Shown here one piece after another: positions 32,028 to 39,173 of a stretch of 64,000 nt of DNA. Numbering within the stretch: the first letter of the stretch is position 1; each line of letters opens with the position of its first letter. The stretch covers positions 643 to 64,642 of the forward strand of contig DATNGG010000167.1 of assembly GCA_035605975.1 (NCBI GenBank). The letters are read 5' to 3'. The notes under the pieces were generated by a model. It did not search any database. It was not told the DNA's origin and saw nothing but the letters and a program-made list of their open reading frames with translations. The DNA is from Stellaceae bacterium. Lineage in GTDB: Bacteria > Pseudomonadota > Alphaproteobacteria > ATCC43930 > CGMCC-115725. Position numbers and translations under genes: made by a program.

Positions 32028-33679
32028 AGCCTGGACGTTCGGCGCAACGGATCGGAACGGCATCGCAAGCGAATGCTGGCCCGGACGCCGCGCCGCTTGT
32101 GGGGATCGGGTACCGCGCCGTGCTCGCGGATTGGACGCGCGCTCATCTGGCGCGCTTCGATGTGCTCGAAATCACCGTCGATCACTGCCTCTATGCCGGG
32201 CCGGCGCAGCGCCGACACATCGACGAGCTCGTCGAGCGCGTTCCGCTCACCGCGCACGGCATCGGGCTATCGATCGGCACGGATTGTCCGCTCGATCCTG
32301 CCTATCTCGACCAAGTCGGCATCGTCATCGAGCGGCTGAAGGCGCCCGCCTATAGCGAGCATCTCGCCTTCACGCGCGTCCCGGGCCGCGATCTCGGCAA
32401 TCTCTTGCCCGTGCCGCGAACCGAGGCGGCGGCAGCGCAGATCGTCGCGAAAATCCGCGACATCCGCGCGCGGCTCGGCGTGCCGTTCCTCATCGAGAAT
32501 ATCGCCAATATTTTCGAATGGCCGCAATCGACCCTGTCGGAAGCCGAATTCATCAGCCTGATTTGCCGCGAATCCGGCGCCGGGCTGCTGCTCGATATCG
32601 AAAACCTGCGCCTCAACGCGCGCAATCATCATGTCGATGCCCGCGCATTTCTCGACGCCTTGCCGCCGGGTCTGGTGCGAGAGATGCACATGGCGGGCGG
32701 CATCGCGGTGCGCGATGCAAGCTCCGGCGCCTCGATCCTCGCCGATTCGCACTCGCATCCGGTCGGCGAGGAGACGCTCGCCCTTCTCGATTATGCGCTG
32801 AAGCGGCATCGCCCGCAGACGCTCATCCTCGAGCGCGACGACCGGCTCGAGGCCGGCGACGAGATTCTGGCCGATGTCGCGCGGATTCGCGCGCTGCTTG
32901 CCGAGCGTAATGCTGCGATCGATCCGGCGCCCGAGCATCGGCGGGAGACGCTCCTCGCTCGGCAGACCCAATTGCTCGCCTATCTCACCAGCGCGCCGGC
33001 CATTTTCGGCGGCGGCCCGGCGGCGGCGCTTCCGCCGCTGCTCGAAGGTATCGATCCCGTCCGGCTCGATTTCGAGGCGCGCTTCTCGCATGAGAAACGC
33101 ATGGAAAAGCTTGCAAGAATCTTCCCGCGCACGCTCGATCTGTTGGAAGCACAACGAGCGGAGCTCCTCCAAGCCTTTGCCGAGGCTTGCCCGCCGGCGA
33201 GCATCGGATTGTTGGAAACGGCGCAGCAATTCTTGGATTTCCTGTCGGCGCGCCCGCCGCGCGCGGGCCGCTCGAACTATGCGTGCGATGTTGCCCGATG
33301 CGAGCTCGCCCTCGCACAGGCGCGCTTTCGCCGAGGCGAGCCGCCAAAGCGCACGCGGCGCAGCGCGCCGGCGCATGGCGCCCCGCATGCCGTACGACGC
33401 GCCGAATCCGTCGCGCTTGTCCGGTGCGCGCACGATGTCCGAAGCCTTTTTGAGAGCGCGGCCGTCTCGGCCGCGCCGCAAAGGCGCGACACGCCGCTGG
33501 TGATCGCCCAGAGCCGCGCGGCGTTGGAGCCCGAAATTTTCGAGATTCCCGCGGCGCTCTTCGATCTCCTTGCGTCACTCGAGCATTGGACCGAGCGGCG
33601 TTGCCTTGGCCGCAATCCCGGCGCCGACGCCCTCATCGCCGATCTCGTGACGCGCGGCCTGCTGGAGGTGCGCGCTTGA
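32024..33679 (+). CDS. DUF692 / MNIO (MbnB-like multinuclear non-heme iron oxidase) fused to a DUF2063-like C-terminal domain
   Basis: N-terminal ~290 aa match the DUF692 pattern: VGIGYR..FDVLEITVDH..PLTAHGIGLSIGT..PAYSEHLAFT..LLPVPRTEAA..PFLIENIANIF..GLLLDIENLRLNARNH..EMHMAGG..LADSHSHPV..TLILERDD. C-terminal ~250 aa (..RLDFEARFSHEKRMEKLARIFPRTLDLL..LLQAFAEACPPAS..AQQFLDFLSA..) resemble DUF2063 partner proteins. ATGA overlap with the upstream gene. Confidence 0.85.
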   Translation: MKPGRSAQRIGTASQANAGPDAAPLVGIGYRAVLADWTRAHLARFDVLEITVDHCLYAGPAQRRHIDELVERVPLTAHGIGLSIGTDCPLDPAYLDQVGIVIERLKAPAYSEHLAFTRVPGRDLGNLLPVPRTEAAAAQIVAKIRDIRARLGVPFLIENIANIFEWPQSTLSEAEFISLICRESGAGLLLDIENLRLNARNHHVDARAFLDALPPGLVREMHMAGGIAVRDASSGASILADSHSHPVGEETLALLDYALKRHRPQTLILERDDRLEAGDEILADVARIRALLAERNAAIDPAPEHRRETLLARQTQLLAYLTSAPAIFGGGPAAALPPLLEGIDPVRLDFEARFSHEKRMEKLARIFPRTLDLLEAQRAELLQAFAEACPPASIGLLETAQQFLDFLSARPPRAGRSNYACDVARCELALAQARFRRGEPPKRTRRSAPAHGAPHAVRRAESVALVRCAHDVRSLFESAAVSAAPQRRDTPLVIAQSRAALEPEIFEIPAALFDLLASLEHWTERRCLGRNPGADALIADLVTRGLLEVRA

Positions 33680-35703
33680 AGATTTGCATCATCGGCAAGT
33701 TTCCTCCGATCGAGGGTGGGGTGAGCATGCGCACCTATTGGTCGGCGCATCGGCTCGCGGCGCGCGGACATGAGGTCCATGTCGTGACCAACGCAAAAGA
33801 GGCGGCGCCGCCCTTTCGCATGCATATGCGCGCGGAGGATTGGGCGCGCTGCGCGGCCGATTACGGCGAAGGCCGGGTGACGGTTCACTGGAGCGATCCG
33901 GTCGACGCCTCGCAGCTTTACCTGCCGATGGCGAGCGCCTTCGTCTCGAAGCTCTCCTCCCTTGCCGCGCGCCTCTGCACGGAGCGCGCGATCGATGTGG
34001 TCTTCTCCCATTACCTCGAGCCTTATGGCGTCGCCGGACATTTGGCTGCCGAGATGGCGGGTTTGCCCCATGTCGTCCGTATGGCGGGAAGCGATTCGGG
34101 TCGCCTCTGGCGCCATCCGCAATTCGAGCCGCTTTACAACCACGTCTTGCGCTCGGCGGCCATTGTCGTCGCGACGGGCGTGGTCGCCGAACGAGCGGTG
34201 GCGCGCGGCGTCGATCCGGCGCGCATCGCCGCCGCGGGTTTCAGCCTGCCGGACGAGCTCTTCACCCCCTTCGGGCCTGCGCTCGATTACGCCGCTTTGC
34301 GCGCGGAAATCGCGGGAGCCGACGAGCCGCAGCGTCTTTGGGGTGGCTTCGCCTTGGACCGGCCGTTCTTTGGAATTTACGGCAAGCTCGGCGAGCGCAA
34401 AGGCTCCTTCGCGCTCCTCGCGGCGCTGGAGCGATTGAAGTGCGCGGGCATCGAGATTGGCCTCGTCGCTCTGGCGCATGGGCATGCGGCGACCGAAGCG
34501 GAATTTCGCCGCCACGTCGAAAGCCGCGGCCTCTTCGACCGGGTGTTGCAGCTTCCGTTTCTGCCGCATTGGCGCGTGCCCGAGTTCCTGCGCAGCTGCC
34601 TCGCTGTCTGCTGCCTCGAGCAGGATTTCCCGATCGCTCATCACACGCCGATCACGCCGCTCGAAGTCCTGCTCTGCGGCAAATGCCTCGTCGGCTCGGC
34701 GGAGCTCATCCGCAAGCTTCCGGATCATCGCCTCTTGCCGAGCGGCTATAGCTGCGTCGAGATCGCGGACGTCAACGATATCGACCGGCTGGCGGCACAG
34801 CTTGCCGCGATCGCCGAAGACCCGGCGCCGGCGGCGGCGATCGGCGCGCGCGGCTATGCGTTTGCGTGCGAATGCCAGGAGCAGGCCGAGTTTCCGGCCA
34901 AGCTGGAGCGCATTCTCGAAGTGGCGGCGGCGCGCCGAAACCTGGTCTCGTCACAAGAGGTATTGGCAGAGAGCGAGAGCGAGGAAGAGCGGAGCTTTCC
35001 CTTTGCGCGAATCGCGGCCGCCGCGCTCGCCGCGACGGAGTCGAAACCCGCCAAGACGAACGGCGCGCGGTTCGAACTCTCGGATGCGCAGACGGTTTTG
35101 GCGGCGCTCGATCGCGGGCGGCTCGCGGATCACCCAAAATCGGCATCGCTCGCTTCGGCCGTGTGGGCCGAAGTCGCGATCGCGCTTGCTCAAGGCGCGA
35201 CGCGAGAGCCCGAAGACATCGGAGCGGAACCGCCGCCGCTCGCCGCGTCCCGACGCTGGGGCTTGGCCGAGGGCGATCTCGCCAAGCTTTTTCCCCATCG
35301 CCGCCGGGATATAAAAGTGCTCACTTTCGACTGCGACATTGCCGCATTCCGGACAGCGAGGAACCTCGAGGAACTGCCCGACGCGCCGCGCCGCCATCCG
35401 AGCTATGTGATCGTGTTCAGCGGCCGCGGCTCGTCGCCGGCCGATCCGCTGCTGGTCGACCGCGCCACCGCGCGTATCCTCGAGCTCAGCGACGGAACGC
35501 GAACGACCCGCCAGATCATGGATCAATTGAAATGCGAGACGCAGCGCGGCGATACGGACGAGAATCTCGACTGGATCGAGGCCCTCTTCGTTGATGGGCT
35601 CATCCGCTTCACCGACTCGCCCGCGAGGCCCTCAGACGGTAGCATGATGCTGCGGCTGCGACATCCCCGCGCCAGCGGGACGGATGACAGGATGGCACAG
35701 TGA
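33676..35703 (+). CDS. GT4-type (GT-B) glycosyltransferase fused to a C-terminal PqqD-like RiPP recognition element
   Basis: TTG 33676 (GGAGG 7 nt upstream; TTGA overlap with the MNIO stop). N-terminus: KICIIGKFPPIEGGVSMRTYWSAHRLAARGHEVHVVT. C-terminal GT lobe: GIYGKLGERKG..PLEVLLCGKCLVGS. Last ~75 aa: YVIVFSGRGSSPADPLLVDRATARILELSDGTRTTRQIMDQLKCE..NLDWIEALFVDGLIRF, which follows the PqqD pattern. Confidence 0.8.
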   Translation: MKICIIGKFPPIEGGVSMRTYWSAHRLAARGHEVHVVTNAKEAAPPFRMHMRAEDWARCAADYGEGRVTVHWSDPVDASQLYLPMASAFVSKLSSLAARLCTERAIDVVFSHYLEPYGVAGHLAAEMAGLPHVVRMAGSDSGRLWRHPQFEPLYNHVLRSAAIVVATGVVAERAVARGVDPARIAAAGFSLPDELFTPFGPALDYAALRAEIAGADEPQRLWGGFALDRPFFGIYGKLGERKGSFALLAALERLKCAGIEIGLVALAHGHAATEAEFRRHVESRGLFDRVLQLPFLPHWRVPEFLRSCLAVCCLEQDFPIAHHTPITPLEVLLCGKCLVGSAELIRKLPDHRLLPSGYSCVEIADVNDIDRLAAQLAAIAEDPAPAAAIGARGYAFACECQEQAEFPAKLERILEVAAARRNLVSSQEVLAESESEEERSFPFARIAAAALAATESKPAKTNGARFELSDAQTVLAALDRGRLADHPKSASLASAVWAEVAIALAQGATREPEDIGAEPPPLAASRRWGLAEGDLAKLFPHRRRDIKVLTFDCDIAAFRTARNLEELPDAPRRHPSYVIVFSGRGSSPADPLLVDRATARILELSDGTRTTRQIMDQLKCETQRGDTDENLDWIEALFVDGLIRFTDSPARPSDGSMMLRLRHPRASGTDDRMAQ

Positions 35704-36692
35704 TCCGGCGGAATTTCCTCGCTCTTCTCGCCTCGCTGGCGCTGTGCCCGCCCGCGGCGCATGCGGATCAAGCCCCGGACCAGGCGGCAATGCCGGTCAT
35801 CGGCTTCCTGAACAGCGGCTCGCCGGCGGCGTTTGGGAATCTCGTTGCCGCCTTCCGCCAAGGCTTGGGCGATCAAGGCTATGCCGAAGGCTCGACCCTG
35901 CGGATCGATTACCGTTGGGCGCAGGGCCGCTACACCGATCTCGACGGCATGGCCGCGGAGCTGGTGCGCAACCGCGTGAGCCTTATCGCCGCCACGGGCG
36001 GCGTGGTCTCGGCCAAGGCCGCGCTCAAAGCGACGACGTCGATTCCGGTGGTGTTCGTCGTCGGCTTCGACCCGGTCGGATTGGGCCTCGTCAAAAGCCT
36101 CAACCAGCCCGGCGGCAACGCCACCGGCGTCAGCATCTTCACGACGGAATTGATCGCAAAGCGCGTCGAGCTGCTTTACGACCTCTCGCCCGGCATCAGC
36201 ACCGTCGCCATCCTGGTCAACCCCAAGGCGGTCGTCACCGACATCGAAATCCAGGAGACCATCGCGGCGATCCAGCGTTCCGGCCGCAAATTGCTCACGC
36301 TCAACGCGAACAACGAGAGCGAGATCGACGCCGCCTTCGCCTTGGCGGCCGAGCAGAAAGCCGGCGGGCTGATCGTCAGCGCCGATCCCTACTTCACCAG
36401 CCGCAGAGCGCAAATCGTCGCCCTCGCCGCGCGCCACGCAATCCCCGCGATCTATCCCTTGCGCCAATACGCCGATGCCGGCGGCCTCGTCAGCTATGGG
36501 CCCAATCTCGAGCACGCCTATCGCGACGCCGGGATTTATGCGGGCCGGATTCTGAAAGGCGCCAGCCCCAAGACGCTTCCGGTGGCGCTGCCGACGACCT
36601 TCAATCTCGTCATCAACCTCAAAGCCGCCAAGGCCCAAGGCCTCAAAGTGTCGCCGCTTCTCCTCGCCATCGCCAATGACGTGATCGAGTAA
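35700..36692 (+). CDS. Secreted ABC-type substrate-binding protein, PF04392 (ABC_sub_bind) family
   Basis: GTG start with a GTGA overlap on the GT stop. Signal peptide MIRRNFLALLASLALCPPAAHA. Family pattern: PVIGFLNSGSP..FRQGLGDQGY..IAATGG..PVVFVVGFDPV..GNATGVS... Confidence 0.85.
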   Translation: MIRRNFLALLASLALCPPAAHADQAPDQAAMPVIGFLNSGSPAAFGNLVAAFRQGLGDQGYAEGSTLRIDYRWAQGRYTDLDGMAAELVRNRVSLIAATGGVVSAKAALKATTSIPVVFVVGFDPVGLGLVKSLNQPGGNATGVSIFTTELIAKRVELLYDLSPGISTVAILVNPKAVVTDIEIQETIAAIQRSGRKLLTLNANNESEIDAAFALAAEQKAGGLIVSADPYFTSRRAQIVALAARHAIPAIYPLRQYADAGGLVSYGPNLEHAYRDAGIYAGRILKGASPKTLPVALPTTFNLVINLKAAKAQGLKVSPLLLAIANDVIE

Positions 36693-36717
36693 GGCGCCCT
36701 GCAAGGGCTTCGCGCGT

Positions 36718-37896
36718 CTAGGCTGGGCTCTCGTCGCGCAACGGCGCGAGAAAATAGGCGGAGGGCAGCAGCGTGTGACCTGGCGCATCGACCCGATCGG
36801 CAATCCGCATATAAGAATTGACCCGAGACGATTTGCCGATCGCCCAGATCACCGCATTGCGCAAGGGATAGGCCGAGCGCGGCCATTCCGAGGTGATCCA
36901 GTCGTAGCGGCGGGACCAGGTTTGCGTCCGGTCGGCGACCCAGCGCCATGCGCCTTGCCAGGCGGTGAGGGCTTCCGGCACATCGCTGCGCGCGGACACA
37001 TAATCCGACAGCAGCAAACCATTCATCAAGGAGAGGCCGGCGCCTTGGCCAAGCGTCGGCGGCAGCGCATGGGCGGCATCGCCGAGCAAAGCGACGCGGC
37101 CTTTCACCCAGGACACCGCCCGCACGAAGGGATAGGGGTGGTGAACGCCGCCAGCTGCGTAAGCGCGCGCGAATAATCCCTCCGCGGCGAGTTTCGGAAA
37201 CCGCGCGCTCCAATAGTCGCGATCGATCGGCGTTTGCATGCCGCGTTGATCATCGAGAGGGGCGATGAAATAGCAGAAGGCCTCGGTCGGCGTGCAGGGG
37301 CAGACCCCCACCCGCAGCCGGCCCGACCAAAATTCGCGCACCATATCGTCCTTCTCGGGCGCGGTCCTCGAAACCAAGAGACGGATCGCGCCGCTCGAGG
37401 GCGGGCGAACCGGCTCATCAAGCGCCAGCGCGCGGCGCGCGAGCGAACTCACGCCGTCGGCGGCGATCACCAGCTCGGCTTGGTGAATTTCGCCGCGCAC
37501 GCGGATCGCGCCGCGCGCCTCGATGGCATCGACCGGAGAATCCGTGTGCACCCTCGCGCCGAGGGAGGTCGCGCGGTCGCACAGGGCGCGGATCAGCAAC
37601 TCGCGCTTGACGTTCCAGATCGAGGTCGTGTCGCGCAGCAAGCGCCGCTGCAGCAGCCGGCCCTCGCGGTCGAGCGTCCGCGCCTCGGCAAGCGCCACGC
37701 AATCGCCGCGGATCGCATCGATGACCCCGAAGCTTTCGAGAACGCGCAGAGCATTCCCTTTGACGAAGATGCCGGCGCCGATTTCCCGGATGGTTGGGCT
37801 GCGCTCATAGACATCGACGGACCACCCGTTTCGCGCCAAGCCGATCGCCGCGCCAAGCCCGGCAATGCCGCCCCCGCAGATGATTGCCTGTCGCAT
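36718..37896 (-). CDS. FAD-dependent aromatic-ring monooxygenase (salicylate hydroxylase/UbiH-like)
   Basis: GxGxxG: AIICGGGIAGLGAAIGL. Also DGVSSLAR and LLGDAAHALPPTLGQGAGLSL. Convergent with the RiPP-like operon. Confidence 0.85.
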   Translation of the reverse strand: MRQAIICGGGIAGLGAAIGLARNGWSVDVYERSPTIREIGAGIFVKGNALRVLESFGVIDAIRGDCVALAEARTLDREGRLLQRRLLRDTTSIWNVKRELLIRALCDRATSLGARVHTDSPVDAIEARGAIRVRGEIHQAELVIAADGVSSLARRALALDEPVRPPSSGAIRLLVSRTAPEKDDMVREFWSGRLRVGVCPCTPTEAFCYFIAPLDDQRGMQTPIDRDYWSARFPKLAAEGLFARAYAAGGVHHPYPFVRAVSWVKGRVALLGDAAHALPPTLGQGAGLSLMNGLLLSDYVSARSDVPEALTAWQGAWRWVADRTQTWSRRYDWITSEWPRSAYPLRNAVIWAIGKSSRVNSYMRIADRVDAPGHTLLPSAYFLAPLRDESPA

Positions 37897-37997
37897 GCCG
37901 TCGAACGCCTATCGCCTTCGCCCGCCCCGTCACGCCATCCGGCGTGTGGGCGTTCGCGGCCAATGATACCCGCCGGGCGGCAAAACGCGACAATCGC

Positions 37998-38237
37998 CTA
38001 CCAATGCCGGCGGGCGAGGCTGTCGTCCCCGCCACGCGATCCATCATCGGCGAAGGGCGTGGCGGCATTGGGGTCGTAGAGCCCGCCTCCAGTCAGCGCG
38101 CCGTGACGTTGTGCGAGCTCGAGCGGGCTTTCATGCAGCCCGCCCGGCACCGCCTCATCGACGAGCGGTTGCGGCGTCAGGATTGCCGCGAGCACCCTCA
38201 ACAGCAAATAAGAAGTGCGGAGATTGGGAACGGTCAT
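37998..38237 (-). CDS. Small hypothetical protein (79 aa), possible signal anchor
   Basis: MTVPNLRTSYLLLRVLAAILTPQPL.. with GC-rich third positions. Shares a G(V/L)YDxPN-like motif with the upstream small gene. Confidence 0.25.
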   Translation of the reverse strand: MTVPNLRTSYLLLRVLAAILTPQPLVDEAVPGGLHESPLELAQRHGALTGGGLYDPNAATPFADDGSRGGDDSLARRHW

Positions 38238-38307
38238 GACACGCGCTTTCGTGCTTGCCGGCTTGGACCGATGGCGTCGATTCATCGGCCCAAGCGTCGG
38301 GCTCCGG

Positions 38308-38511
38308 TCAACCGAAGGTCTGGTCGAGAGGCAGAACGAAGTTGGGGCTGTCGTAAACGCCGCGCGAGGAGTCCTGGGTCTTGTTCTGCTCCAGCTTGTG
38401 CTGGGCCGAGGCTCCGATGCCGTCATCGGCGAAAGCGACGCCGACGAGACCGGTGGTGGCCGCAAACGCGAGCGCGACTGCCGCCGTACGAAGGATCGAG
38501 GTGATACGCAT
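38308..38511 (-). CDS. Small secreted protein (67 aa)
   Basis: GGAGAG SD upstream of ATG 38511. Signal peptide MRITSILRTAAVALAFAATTGLVGVAFA followed by a ~39-aa polar mature part. Confidence 0.4.
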   Translation of the reverse strand: MRITSILRTAAVALAFAATTGLVGVAFADDGIGASAQHKLEQNKTQDSSRGVYDSPNFVLPLDQTFG

Positions 38512-38810
38512 CTTTCTCTCCATGATTGCTGGGCGCCGGGATTGGCCCCATCACGGGAGAAGAGATGGGCGCGCTTTGCGCCGGGATAATTGCTGGCGCA
38601 CGGCATGGCCAATTCCGCCACGCCAAACAATCCGCACGCCGCGCGCCCGCGCCGGCCGCGTTTTCTGCCCCGTAAAATAAGGGTTATCGCCGTCAGGAAG
38701 CCGCTTGACGCTAACCGCCGGATTACCGCCGCGACCGATTATTGCCCCATGTGTTTATCGCGGAAACGGCGGCCGGGTTGAGCCGCTCCTTCTTCACGCG
38801 AGGCATGATC

Positions 38811-39092
38811 ATGCGAGAGGTTTATGCAATCTTCGCGGGCGATCCTCACCGGGCCGTGTGCCTTTGCGGCGGCAGCGACGCCGTTCATGCGCAATGGTTC
38901 CGGGAAGCGCAGAAATTCGGCACTGTCGGGGCTCGCGAAATCATCGGCCTGTGGCGTATCGATCTCGGCACGCCGGACGAGCATGTGATCGAAATTTTCG
39001 GCAGCGTCCCGGTCGATATTCGGCTGCGCTACGATTTGGGCAAGTCCATGCAGCGGCTCTCCGAGAACGCCAAGGAACCGGCCGTGGCCTAG
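38811..39092 (+). CDS. Hypothetical protein (93 aa)
   Basis: GAGG 7 nt upstream of ATG 38811. MREVYAIFAGDPHRAVCLCGGSDAVHAQWFREAQKFG... No family recognised. Confidence 0.3.
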   Translation: MREVYAIFAGDPHRAVCLCGGSDAVHAQWFREAQKFGTVGAREIIGLWRIDLGTPDEHVIEIFGSVPVDIRLRYDLGKSMQRLSENAKEPAVA

Positions 39093-39173
39093 AGACCGGC
39101 CGCGCCGAGCGCGGTTGCGGCGACCCTTCTCCCGGGTGCAAGCTGGCACCTCGAGGAAGGGAGAGGAGAGGCC

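Noticed and set aside
30788-36692. Calling the cluster a canonical methanobactin (mbn) or bufferin (buf) operon.
   Set aside because: The precursor is ~105 aa with no Sec signal and no DUF2282-like features. No separate MbnC, TonB-dependent receptor, MATE exporter, MbnH/P or aminotransferase genes are present. The GT-RRE fusion and PF04392 pair are not part of those described systems as far as I recall.
36696-36708. GCCCT-GCA-AGGGC hairpin between the convergent SBP and monooxygenase genes, considered as a bidirectional terminator.
   Set aside because: The stem is only 5 bp, and the U-tract is two residues on one side only. Too weak to call.
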